Shown here in pieces: positions 48,363 through 58,122 of a stretch of DNA of 64,000 nucleotides. The notes under the pieces are model-generated. The model had not been told where the DNA came from. It saw only the letters and a program-made list of their open reading frames with translations, and did not search any database. Source of the DNA: an uncultured Eggerthellaceae bacterium (GTDB taxonomy: Bacteria > Actinomycetota > Coriobacteriia > Coriobacteriales > Eggerthellaceae); assembly GCA_964649145.1 (NCBI GenBank), contig CAZYOQ010000003.1:13492-77491 (forward strand), read 5' to 3'. The position numbers were made by a program, and so were the translations under genes. Every line of letters starts with the position of its first letter. Position 1 is the first letter of the stretch.

Positions 48363-51300
48363 ATGATCGATCTGCTCCAAATGCAGCATGCCTTGGCGCA
48401 TGACCCCTGCCGGAGGAGCGACCGCGACCCAGTTGGTGCGGTTACGATTGGCGAGAGGGTTACTCTTACCCTTCGCGTGGAGAAATGCTCAAGGCCAGAT
48501 ATCACATGTGTCTATCTCGAGTTTGTAAACGATCCTCCGCTGTCCGATGCTGAAGGTGGGAAGGCGCCTAAATTCATGTGGCGTCAGATTCCCATGACTG
48601 AATGCGACGAAGGGTTTAAGGCATACATAGACACACGAGGTTGCACGAGGGTTATCTTCTATAGATTTAGGGTTTGCACAGCGCTTAGCGACATTCTCTA
48701 TTTCAAGAGATCTGATGATCTTTCAACAGCTGGCACGTCTTGTCTTCCGGGAGTGTGGATCGAGGAGATGGATCCGACATCCGCCTTTCAGCTTACAGTA
48801 TACGAGCCGGGTTTTACGACGCCTGAATGGATGCACGGCGCCACCATGTATCAGATTTTTCCAGACCGCTTCGCGCGTGATGCTGAAGGTATAAAAAGCG
48901 CTGGCGTCAAGGCACATGAGTCTCGAGGCTGGCCTATTAAGGTGCATGAGGACTGGAACGAGCCTCCTTCTTGGGTAGAGCCTTACGAACCTGTCGATTT
49001 TTACGGCGCTACATTACGAGGTATTGCAGAAAAGCTTGACTACATTAAATCGCTTGGTGTCGATGTTATTTATCTGAACCCGATCTGCGAGTCTAGGTCG
49101 AATCACCGCTATAATACAGGCGACTACGAGGTTGTTGATCCACTTTTAGGTTCATGGAGCGACTTCTTCTATCTTTGTGCGCGTGCCAGAATTCTGGGGA
49201 TACGCGTGGTGCTTGACACGGTTCTGTCTCACACGGGCTCATCCAGTAAATATTTCAATTTGGATGGCTCTTATGACTGCCTAGGCGCTGCCCAAAGCCC
49301 CGATTCCCCGTACAGAGACTGGTACGATTTCAAACCAGACGACTCTCCTGCTTATAGATGCTGGTGGAACGATCCGTCGCTGCCTGAGATAGACGAGCAC
49401 AATGAGTCTTGGCAGCGCTTCATCTTAGGTGATGTGGGTGCTGCGGCCTCTGAAATAAGCAGCGTGAAAAGTGACGTGCAAAGCGACGCAATTGGCGACT
49501 CGAAAAACGATGCAATAAGCGATGCAGGCTCTGCCAAGAAAGCCGGCAGCAAGTCCGCAGGCGGAGTTTTGTCTATGTGGTCAAACCAGGGTGCAGCAGG
49601 CTTTCGCCTTGATGTGGCAGATGAGATTCCCGATGACGTGCTAGAGCTCGTGCGGAAATCGGTTAAGGCAAAAGACCCAGAGGCGGCGATAATAGGAGAA
49701 GTCTGGGAGGACGCCACAACCAAGGCAAGCTATGGCACAAGGCGCACCTATGCACTTGGACGCTCACTCGACTCTGTCATGAACTACCCGCTAAGAAGAC
49801 AGCTTCTAGACTTTGTTTTGAATAAGCGGTCGGCAGTACAGCTTTCCACATTTTTGCGCCTGCAAAAGTCGAATTACCCAAAGCCCCTGTATGAAAGCCT
49901 AATGAACCTGCTTTCTTCGCACGATGTTGAGCGCATTCGAAGCGTTTTGGCAGCAGGTTATGAATTTAGGGATTGCCCGCGCTCAGAACAAGTTGAGATA
50001 GTCTCTAGAATTGATAGGCAAGCAGATTGGCATGCTAGCATACTGCAGCGTATCTTGGCCATGATCACATATATGCTTCCCGGGATGCCGTGTCTTTATT
50101 ATGGGGATGAACGCGGGATGCAAGGTGGGCGCGACCCGTTTTGCCGCGCGACCTTCCCATGGGATGGTTCTCGCAACGACTGTGGGGAAGACCTCACGGC
50201 CTATTATCAGGCATTGGGAAAATTCAGAAGCGCTTCACCTGCATTGCGCAAAGGAAGCGTCACATTTACGCCTTTCAGGAAAGACGTGCTGTGTATCACG
50301 AGAATATTTACCCAAAAATCAGGCAATTTCGAGGGCATGTTATGCGTTGTGAACCGAAGCGACAAACCTATACGTGTAGCAGTTGATCTTGCAGACGAGG
50401 CTTCTGCGTTGGAGCCATCTGACATTATTGCTTTACGCTTGCGGTCAACTAGATTCCCTCGGCTTGTATTCTCTACGGATTCCGAGAATATGTCGCATGA
50501 CTCCCATGCCACTCTTGAAGACGGCATCTTTATAGGCGAGATAGGCTCTCTTCAGGCTGGAATCTATCAGATTTCCCCTGGTCTTGGGAAACTGCTTCCT
50601 AGAGGAAGCGGGATTGTGTGCCATATAACCTCTGTGCCGAACGCCAATTCTGATGGCGTAAACATAAGCCCCGGTACTTTAGGTGAGCCTTCCAAGAATT
50701 TTGTTGACATGCTATCTAAAGTGGGAATCAAGTACTGGCAGACCTTGCCTGTCAATCCCACCGACAAATACGGTTCTCCTTACGCTGGGCTTTCAGCTTT
50801 TGCGGGCAACACTGATTTAATAGAGGGCAGCTTGCGGGAAGACGATATTCGTTCCGCCCTCAAAGACTGCGAATATCAAGCATTCTACGAGCATAATAAG
50901 GGATGGCTTGAGATACATGCGGCCTACACTGCTTTAAAGTCTCGTTTTGGTGCAGAGTGGTGGACGTGGCCTGAGAATTACCGTAAATGGGATCCAGCTT
51001 TGCTTGGCGATAAGTCGATAGCTAAAGATTTCGAAGAAGAATGTGCTAAGCAGTTCATATTCGATAAGCAATGGCGCGAGCTTCACGAATACGCGTCTAG
51101 CTTAGGTATTAGCCTGATAGGGGATATGCCCTTCTATGTCTCGGCCGACTCGCCCGATGTTTGGGCGCATCAGGACTATTTCTCAATTGATACGCAGGGC
51201 AATATCATAAATGAGGGCGGAGTTCCTCCTGATGATTTTTCAGAAGATGGACAGCTTTGGGGAATGCCTACATACAATTGGGATGCTCTAAGGGATCATG

Positions 51301-51941
51301 GCTTTGACTGGTGGATCGATAGGTTGAGGCGGATGTTTGCCCTTTTTGACTTCGTTCGCATCGACCACTTCTTAGGCTTTTCGGCGTATTACTCTATTCC
51401 AAGTGGGAGTTCGGCTTTAGAGGGGAAGTGGGTACCAGGATCTGGTCTTGAATTCTTTAGGCGAGCTTTCGATAAATTAGGCCCTCTTCCTGTGATCGCA
51501 GAAGATTTAGGTATTGTGACCCCTGAGGTAAGGCAGTTGCTTGCACAAACCGCATTTCCGGGAATGGATGTTTTAGAGTTTGCAGACGGCGATCCTTTGC
51601 AGTATTGGCGCCCAAGATACGGTCGAGTTGTTTACACTTCCACGCATGACACGCCTACTTTGGCGGGTTGGGCGCTTGAGAGGTATTGCGACAATTCAAA
51701 TAGCGAACAAGCTGTGGCTTTTGCCTGTGATGTGGCAAAGAAACTTAGCTACAAGGTTCTTGATTCAAAGGCGGATGTTGTGATGTTTCCGCTTCAAGAT
51801 GTGATTCGGCTTGGAAATGATGCCCGCATGAATACGCCTGGCACCAAAAAAGGCAATTGGTCGTGGCAGGCAACACCCTCCGAGCTTCTTAAAGGCCTGC
51901 CATTCATGCGAAGGATTGCTTCTAGGCGCAGGTCCCTATAA
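48363..51941 (+). CDS. malQ: bifunctional GH13 alpha-glucosidase/neopullulanase-like domain fused to GH77 4-alpha-glucanotransferase (MalQ)
   Basis: The N-terminal ~720 aa carry GH13 regions I-IV (DTVLSH, GFRLDVADE, IIGEVWED, LSSHDVER). The C-terminal ~470 aa carry MalQ motifs (GIVCHITSVP, GDMPFYVSADSPDVW, RIDHFLGF, YTSTHDTPT). Confidence 0.85.
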   Translation: MIDLLQMQHALAHDPCRRSDRDPVGAVTIGERVTLTLRVEKCSRPDITCVYLEFVNDPPLSDAEGGKAPKFMWRQIPMTECDEGFKAYIDTRGCTRVIFYRFRVCTALSDILYFKRSDDLSTAGTSCLPGVWIEEMDPTSAFQLTVYEPGFTTPEWMHGATMYQIFPDRFARDAEGIKSAGVKAHESRGWPIKVHEDWNEPPSWVEPYEPVDFYGATLRGIAEKLDYIKSLGVDVIYLNPICESRSNHRYNTGDYEVVDPLLGSWSDFFYLCARARILGIRVVLDTVLSHTGSSSKYFNLDGSYDCLGAAQSPDSPYRDWYDFKPDDSPAYRCWWNDPSLPEIDEHNESWQRFILGDVGAAASEISSVKSDVQSDAIGDSKNDAISDAGSAKKAGSKSAGGVLSMWSNQGAAGFRLDVADEIPDDVLELVRKSVKAKDPEAAIIGEVWEDATTKASYGTRRTYALGRSLDSVMNYPLRRQLLDFVLNKRSAVQLSTFLRLQKSNYPKPLYESLMNLLSSHDVERIRSVLAAGYEFRDCPRSEQVEIVSRIDRQADWHASILQRILAMITYMLPGMPCLYYGDERGMQGGRDPFCRATFPWDGSRNDCGEDLTAYYQALGKFRSASPALRKGSVTFTPFRKDVLCITRIFTQKSGNFEGMLCVVNRSDKPIRVAVDLADEASALEPSDIIALRLRSTRFPRLVFSTDSENMSHDSHATLEDGIFIGEIGSLQAGIYQISPGLGKLLPRGSGIVCHITSVPNANSDGVNISPGTLGEPSKNFVDMLSKVGIKYWQTLPVNPTDKYGSPYAGLSAFAGNTDLIEGSLREDDIRSALKDCEYQAFYEHNKGWLEIHAAYTALKSRFGAEWWTWPENYRKWDPALLGDKSIAKDFEEECAKQFIFDKQWRELHEYASSLGISLIGDMPFYVSADSPDVWAHQDYFSIDTQGNIINEGGVPPDDFSEDGQLWGMPTYNWDALRDHGFDWWIDRLRRMFALFDFVRIDHFLGFSAYYSIPSGSSALEGKWVPGSGLEFFRRAFDKLGPLPVIAEDLGIVTPEVRQLLAQTAFPGMDVLEFADGDPLQYWRPRYGRVVYTSTHDTPTLAGWALERYCDNSNSEQAVAFACDVAKKLSYKVLDSKADVVMFPLQDVIRLGNDARMNTPGTKKGNWSWQATPSELLKGLPFMRRIASRRRSL

Positions 51942-52053
51942 GCGCTTTATGGCCGTATACCGTGTTATTTAGCGCACTTAGCGGGGGTCTCTTATGATTT
52001 ACGAAATAAGCTAAAATCATAAAGCGATAATTCGCAATCGACCACTAGGGGTT

Positions 52054-54012
52054 ATGGCTATGGATTCTCAAGACCTACACTACCTTTCCCTACTTTCGCG
52101 TTCGTTTCCAACAGCTAATTCTGCAGCTGCCGAGATTATTAATTTAACGGCTATCATGAGTCTGCCTAAGGGCACTGAATATTTCATTTCGGATGTGCAT
52201 GGCGAATACGAGGCCTTTTCGCATATTCTGCGCAATGCATCAGGCACGATTCGCATCAAGATTGACGAACTGTTCAAAGACACGCTAAGTGATGAGGAAA
52301 AAAAGTCGCTTGCAACGCTTATTTATTACCCTCACGAGAAGATGAGACTTATTCTCGATCAAGAGGAAGATCCTGAAAAGTGGTATGCCAAAGCTATTTT
52401 CCATTTGGTTTTGCTTACAAGGCACGTCTCCCAGAAATACACTCGATCTCGCGTTCGCAAGGCAATCTCGAAGGATTTTGCCTATATAATCACCGAGCTT
52501 ATAACCGAAAACGGCGACCGTAAAGACAATGATGCTTACTACAATTCCATCATCTCTGCCGTGATCGAAACAGGCCAGGCACAAAATCTTATAGAAGAGC
52601 TTTGTCTGCTTATACAACACCTCTCAATAGATAAGCTGCATATCATAGGAGACATCTATGATCGAGGCCCGCATCCCGATACCATAATCGACACCCTCCA
52701 GGCTCATCCTGACGTCGACATCGTATGGGGTAACCACGATGTTGTCTGGATGGGGGCGTCTCTTGGGCAGTGGGGGTGCATCGCTCATGTGGTTCGAAAT
52801 TGTGCGCGTTATGGCAATTTGGCTATTCTTGAAGATGGCTACGGCATAAACCTTCTTCCTTTGGCGGAATTCGCGAGACGCACATACGAAAGCGACCCAT
52901 GTGTAGCATTCGACTTGAAGGGATCTCCCAACCTTACCGAGCGCGAACGCTTGATGAATGTGCGCATACAGAAGGCTATGGCCATAATCCAATTCAAGGT
53001 CGAGGCAGCATTAATCGACAAATATCCAAGCTTTCAGCTTGAAGATAGAAAGCTGCTTGACAAGATCGACTACGAACGCGGGACTGTGGTTGTGGACGGT
53101 GTTGAATACGAGCTTACAGACAAAGTCTTCCCGACAGTTGACCCTAGCGACCCATTTGCCCTTACTCCTGAAGAAGAGAGCGTGATGTGCCGACTTGAAC
53201 AGGCATTTTTGGGAAGCGAGAAGTTGCAGCGGCATATGCGTTATTTGCTCAATATAGGGTCCCTTTATAAGATCTACAACAATAATTTGATGTTTCACGC
53301 GTGTGTGCCTCTAAACGAAGATGGCTCGCTTATGGAAGTGGACATATTCGGCGAGAAATACAAAGGGCGTGCCCTTTATGATGTGCTGAATGAATATGTG
53401 CGTGAAGCTTTTTCCTCACAAGACGCCAAGCGCCGAGAGAAGGGCAAAGACCTACTTTGGTATATGTGGCTTGGCCAAGGTTCGCCCTTGTTTGCGAAAA
53501 GTAAGATGGCCACTTTCGAGCTTTATCTGATTGCCGACAAAGTTGCTCGCAAAGAAGAGAAAAACGCCTTCTATAAGTTGATCGATGAAGAAAGGGTTAT
53601 TGATTCGGTCTTCCGCGACTTTGGGATGAACCCCGAAAACTCGCACATTGTTTGCGGTCATGTACCCATCAAAGTCAAAGATGGAGAGGTTCCGATTCGT
53701 TGCAGCGGTAAGGTTTTCATGATTGATGGAGGGTTCTCAAAGGCCTATCAGCCAACAACAGGAATAGCTGGATACACGCTTATATCAAACTCCTATGGCT
53801 TTGTCTTGGCTGCACACGAGCCATTCGAGTCGATGGAGGCTGCAATCGAGCGCGGGCTAGACATCCATTCGACGCGCCGTGTTGTAGAAACTTCTGATAC
53901 GCGCACCCTTATTGCTAACACCGATAAAGGCATCGAGCTATCTAGGCAAGTATCCGATTTGAACCTTCTACTTGATGCTTATCGTGATGGAGATATCCCC
54001 GAGAGGGCATAA
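52054..54012 (+). CDS. fbp: fructose-1,6-bisphosphatase class 3
   Basis: 652 aa. The N-terminus YLSLLSRSFPT...AAEIINL...FISDVHGEYEAF and the motif GDIYDRGP are typical of the Fbp/YydE class. Confidence 0.9.
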   Translation: MAMDSQDLHYLSLLSRSFPTANSAAAEIINLTAIMSLPKGTEYFISDVHGEYEAFSHILRNASGTIRIKIDELFKDTLSDEEKKSLATLIYYPHEKMRLILDQEEDPEKWYAKAIFHLVLLTRHVSQKYTRSRVRKAISKDFAYIITELITENGDRKDNDAYYNSIISAVIETGQAQNLIEELCLLIQHLSIDKLHIIGDIYDRGPHPDTIIDTLQAHPDVDIVWGNHDVVWMGASLGQWGCIAHVVRNCARYGNLAILEDGYGINLLPLAEFARRTYESDPCVAFDLKGSPNLTERERLMNVRIQKAMAIIQFKVEAALIDKYPSFQLEDRKLLDKIDYERGTVVVDGVEYELTDKVFPTVDPSDPFALTPEEESVMCRLEQAFLGSEKLQRHMRYLLNIGSLYKIYNNNLMFHACVPLNEDGSLMEVDIFGEKYKGRALYDVLNEYVREAFSSQDAKRREKGKDLLWYMWLGQGSPLFAKSKMATFELYLIADKVARKEEKNAFYKLIDEERVIDSVFRDFGMNPENSHIVCGHVPIKVKDGEVPIRCSGKVFMIDGGFSKAYQPTTGIAGYTLISNSYGFVLAAHEPFESMEAAIERGLDIHSTRRVVETSDTRTLIANTDKGIELSRQVSDLNLLLDAYRDGDIPERA

Positions 54013-54074
54013 CTTCTCGACAGGAAAGATTTGTGAAATTGGCTAGTCGATATGCCTAGTCTAGGAGGGCTGTT

Positions 54075-55058
54075 ATGAAACTGCTTGTAATTGGTAATGA
54101 AGACCGCGTGAAGAAATACACACCTAATAATCCGCTTGTTGATTCTTTCGATATTGTCACTGTTGAAAGGGGAACCTCTGACGACGAGATTTTATCGATA
54201 GCCTCAGACGCTGACTTTATAATGGCAGACGCCATTTCTCCCGTGAGTGAAACTCTGATAAATGGGATGCCAAACTTGAAGATGGTTCATTCTGAGGGAG
54301 TTGCATTCAACGCGATTGACATCGAGGCCGCCTCCCAGAAAAACGTTATCGTTTGCAATAATGCTGGCGTGAATGCTAACGCTGTTGCTGAACAGGCTAT
54401 CTTCTTGATGCTCGCGTGTTTGCGCCAGGCGATCGTTGGCGATGCCGAAGTGCGAGCAGCCAGGCAGATTCAGATGAAAGAGCGCCTTATGGTTGAGGGA
54501 ATACGTGAGCTTGGCGATTGCAAAGTAGGGCTTATTGGTTTTGGAGCCATAGCCAAAGCTACGGCCAAACATCTTGCAAATTGGGGCTGCACGATCTTCT
54601 ACAACAAGCGATCCCCTTTAAGCGCTGCAGAAGAAGAGGCGTTAAACGTTTCCTTCGCCGAACAAGACGAGCTTATATCCAATTGCGATATCGTAAGCAT
54701 CCATGTTCCGGTGACACCTCTAACTAAAGGCATGGTCAATAGGGATTTTCTGGCCAAGATGAAAAGCGATGCGATTCTTATCAATACCGCTCGAGGTGAA
54801 GTGGTCGACCAAGACGCTCTAGCCTGGGCTCTTGAGGAAGGTCGAATAGGAGGAGCTGGTCTTGACGTGCTCTGCCCAGAACCCGTTCAATCTGATAACC
54901 CTCTTTTGAACTTGAGTGCGCATGCTTCAAAGCGGCTTGTGCTTTCACCTCATATTGGGGGCATCACCGAAGGCATGTTTTTCCGCGCGTATAAAGGGGT
55001 GTGGGATAACATACAAAGGGTGATTGATGGAAAAGATCCAATTAACCGCGTTGCCTAA
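54075..55058 (+). CDS. D-isomer-specific 2-hydroxyacid dehydrogenase family protein
   Basis: GLIGFGAIAKATA NAD fold, plus ARGEVVD and SPHIGG motifs. Confidence 0.85.
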   Translation: MKLLVIGNEDRVKKYTPNNPLVDSFDIVTVERGTSDDEILSIASDADFIMADAISPVSETLINGMPNLKMVHSEGVAFNAIDIEAASQKNVIVCNNAGVNANAVAEQAIFLMLACLRQAIVGDAEVRAARQIQMKERLMVEGIRELGDCKVGLIGFGAIAKATAKHLANWGCTIFYNKRSPLSAAEEEALNVSFAEQDELISNCDIVSIHVPVTPLTKGMVNRDFLAKMKSDAILINTARGEVVDQDALAWALEEGRIGGAGLDVLCPEPVQSDNPLLNLSAHASKRLVLSPHIGGITEGMFFRAYKGVWDNIQRVIDGKDPINRVA

Positions 55059-55100
55059 ACTAACTGTGTTGCCTGAACTAACCGAGTTGCTTGATGTTGA
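55050..55100. repeat. 18-nt tandem repeat (about 2.7 copies) starting in the dehydrogenase stop codon
   Basis: GTTGCCTAAACTAACTGT, then GTTGCCTGAACTAACCGA, then GTTGCTTGATGTTGAG. Confidence 0.6.
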
Positions 55101-55149
55101 GTACAGTTATTCGCAAATAAGATTAACGTTTCGTGTCTGAGGAGACCCA

Positions 55150-58074
55150 ATGAACACTCTGAGGCATAATCAAACTAGACTATTTCGCTTAATGTTTATG
55201 GTGTTCTTGTCGCTTGTCTTGATAGCGCTTGTATTTTCGTATGCTTTTGCTGACTCAGACGATGCAAAAGATGTACAGAATTATTTTCTTGAAGACAACG
55301 AGATAACCTATATCCCGGGGGATGATTTCCCTGAAAGCGATGAACTATTTGCAGGATATGTTGAACGAGAATTCTACGGGGAATCGAGCGTTGCTGCATT
55401 TAGCTCCCGCGGTAGTGCTGTTCTGAATAGTACAGAGTATGCAATCTATGAGAAACTCAAGGCCAACATAGCACAGGTAGCAGCGGGTATGCAAAGTTCT
55501 ACCCAGTGGACTTTTACTGCAAGTGATCTTGATGGTGCAAAGTTGAGCTGGACATACGTCGAGCTTGGACTAGATCAAGGAGCTTCAGTCGACGAGATAA
55601 AGTCGGCAGCTAAAGAAGTGTTTAATAGCGAAGTTTCGCTTAGCTCACTTATAAATGTGCTAAGCGCTGATTGTCCTTATGATATGTACTGGTTTGATAA
55701 AACTGCAGGCATGGGCATGAGCTGGAGTATGACGTATTCACCGGGTTATAGCGTCAGTATTACCCAACTAAGTATTGGAATGTATGTTTCGGCTGATTAC
55801 TCTTCAAGCGGGACACAAGGAACACTTCTTACTAACACGGAGAAAACATCTGCCACCACTAAAGCAGTTAGTAATGCGAAGAATATCGTAAGCCAGCACG
55901 AGAACGAAAACTCTTCCACTAAGCTCACATCGTACAAAACAGAGATTTGTAATTTAGCTTCATACAACTACGATGCGGCCTCGGATTCGGTTTCATATGG
56001 TGATCCTTGGCAATTGATATACGTGTTCGACAACGATAGCAGCACTAATGTTGTCTGCGAAGGATACTCAAAGGCATTCCAATATCTATGCGACCTAACA
56101 ACATGGAATGACGACACGCAATGCTATAGCGTTTGGGGAACAATGAGTGATGGCACTGTTGAGGGTGGTCATATGTGGAACGTGGTTATCCAAGATGCTA
56201 CCAACTACTTAGTTGACGTCACCAATAGTGATGAGGATAGTGTTGGCCAAAATGGCGATTTATTTATGGTGACCGCATCTTCAAGTAATTGCACTTCAAG
56301 TTCGCCACAGGGCTATACCTTCACTGTTGGTTCAAACGCTAGCACTTCAATTACGTATGTATACGATCTTGCTATGGCTAGTTTGTACTCAGATGACATT
56401 CTGGAACTAATCAGTAAGACGCCCCTGGAGGATGCTGTAATTGCTGCCATTAATGATCAAACCTATACCGGCAACGCCGTGCAACCTAGCGTGAGTGTGG
56501 CTCTGAGCGGAGTTGCTCTTGAAGCAGGTAGCGACTATGTGGTTTCGTACGCTAACAATATCAACGCTGGTACCGCCACGGTAACCATAACCGGCAAGGG
56601 CAATTACACAGGCACCAAAACTGTAACGTTTAAGATTACGGCCAAGATACTAGAGGATTCCATGGTGGGTTCCTCGATTGTCTCCCAGACCTATACCGGA
56701 TTGGCTCTCACACCCGAGGTTACGGTTAAGAACGGCGGAACAACTCTGGCTAGCGACATAGACTACACGGTTTCATACGAGAACAATATTAATGTCGGTA
56801 CTGCTAAGGTCATCATCATAGGCTTAGGCAACTATACTGGTACATTGGCAAGAACGTTTACTATCAACGCTTGCCCCATGAGTTCAGTTACGATCTCATC
56901 TATTCCCAATCAAACTTATACGGGCACTGCCCTAGAGCCGGCTGTGACGGTGGCGCTGGGCGGAATTCTTTTGACCAGTGGCATTGACTACGGCTTCGAA
57001 TATGCGAATAACACGAATGCTGGCACAGCCACTATTACCATTACTGGCATGGGCAACTATACCGGTAGCGTAAAAACAGAGTTTGCTATCGCGGCCAAGC
57101 GATTCTCCTTGGATACAGTGGTGGCTCTTTCATATAAGAGTAAAGAATATACTGGATCGGCTTTCACCCCCGAGGTCACGGTAAAGGATGGGAGCATGAT
57201 GCTAACGATCGGATCGGACTACACCGTGTCCTACAAAGACAATACGAACACCGGTACCGCAACCGTGACCATCACTGGTATTGGCAATTACACAGGTAGC
57301 GTTACAGCAACTTTTGCGATTACTGCTCGCTCGATCGAGGATGCGAACGTTTCATCGATTGCCGACCAGGCATTCACCGGCAGTGTCGTAGAGCCTAGCG
57401 TGAGCGTGTCTCTTGGTGGGGTTGCCCTTAAAGTTGACACCGACTATGTGGTCTCATACGAAAACAATACGAGCGCTGGTACTGCTACAGCAACTATAAC
57501 CGGCAAGGGTAACTACACGGGTAGAATCAGCAAGACTTTCAAGATATCTGCTGCAAATATATCTAAGGCTAAGGTAGCCATTAAAGCTCAAACCTACACT
57601 GGTAAAAGCCTGACTCCTAACCCGACCGTTAAGGTGGGAGGCATAACATTAAAGAAAAATATCGATTATGTTCTTAACTACAAGAACAATAAGAAAACGG
57701 GTAAAGCAACTGTAATCATTACAGGTAAGGGCAACTATACAGGAAGCGTTTCTAAAACTTTTAACATTGTTCCTGCCAAAGTCACAAATGTTAAGGCCAG
57801 TTCAACCGCCAAAGGTAAAGTTAACGTTAGGTGGTCTAATACTAAGGGTAAAGCTGCTAATGTGACCGGGTATAAGATTGTAATTAAGTATGGCTCAAAA
57901 ACCATTAAGACCAGCTATGTGCCAGGTAAATCGTCCAAGTCAAAAACTATCACGGTCACAAGCAAATATAGAGGCAAGAAGGTGAAAGTCTACGTGTATG
58001 CCTACAAAACCATTAACAAAGTCAAGGTATGTTCTGTAGCTTCTGTAGCTTCAAAGGTGAGGGTAAAACTTTAA
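55150..58074 (+). CDS. secreted surface protein: transglutaminase-like Cys-protease-fold N-domain, six ~75-aa Ig-like repeats and an FN3-like Lys-rich C-terminus
   Basis: Signal/TM segment. A putative C/H/D triad context is present (VVCEGYSKAFQYLC ... GGHMWNVV ... LVDVTNSD). The repeats follow the pattern QTYTG.a..P.V.V......L..g.DY.VsY.NN.n.GTA.v.ItG.GNYTG. Confidence 0.7.
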   Translation: MNTLRHNQTRLFRLMFMVFLSLVLIALVFSYAFADSDDAKDVQNYFLEDNEITYIPGDDFPESDELFAGYVEREFYGESSVAAFSSRGSAVLNSTEYAIYEKLKANIAQVAAGMQSSTQWTFTASDLDGAKLSWTYVELGLDQGASVDEIKSAAKEVFNSEVSLSSLINVLSADCPYDMYWFDKTAGMGMSWSMTYSPGYSVSITQLSIGMYVSADYSSSGTQGTLLTNTEKTSATTKAVSNAKNIVSQHENENSSTKLTSYKTEICNLASYNYDAASDSVSYGDPWQLIYVFDNDSSTNVVCEGYSKAFQYLCDLTTWNDDTQCYSVWGTMSDGTVEGGHMWNVVIQDATNYLVDVTNSDEDSVGQNGDLFMVTASSSNCTSSSPQGYTFTVGSNASTSITYVYDLAMASLYSDDILELISKTPLEDAVIAAINDQTYTGNAVQPSVSVALSGVALEAGSDYVVSYANNINAGTATVTITGKGNYTGTKTVTFKITAKILEDSMVGSSIVSQTYTGLALTPEVTVKNGGTTLASDIDYTVSYENNINVGTAKVIIIGLGNYTGTLARTFTINACPMSSVTISSIPNQTYTGTALEPAVTVALGGILLTSGIDYGFEYANNTNAGTATITITGMGNYTGSVKTEFAIAAKRFSLDTVVALSYKSKEYTGSAFTPEVTVKDGSMMLTIGSDYTVSYKDNTNTGTATVTITGIGNYTGSVTATFAITARSIEDANVSSIADQAFTGSVVEPSVSVSLGGVALKVDTDYVVSYENNTSAGTATATITGKGNYTGRISKTFKISAANISKAKVAIKAQTYTGKSLTPNPTVKVGGITLKKNIDYVLNYKNNKKTGKATVIITGKGNYTGSVSKTFNIVPAKVTNVKASSTAKGKVNVRWSNTKGKAANVTGYKIVIKYGSKTIKTSYVPGKSSKSKTITVTSKYRGKKVKVYVYAYKTINKVKVCSVASVASKVRVKL
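56431..57780 (+). repeat. six tandem ~225-nt coding repeats (Ig-like modules)
   Basis: The blocks ...TYTG...GTATVTITGKGNYTG...F.I.A recur six times in the translated protein. Confidence 0.75.
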
Positions 58075-58122
58075 TTTGGCAAATGCTAGAAAATAGCTTC
58101 TTGCTTACCTAGGTATAGCTTG

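Noticed and set aside
13755-58103. Identical 12-mer AATAGCTTCTTG downstream of both surface-protein genes (13755-66 and 58092-103).
   Set aside because: A rough estimate gives on the order of a hundred chance 12-mer pair matches in 64 kb. The shared context is therefore not significant on its own.
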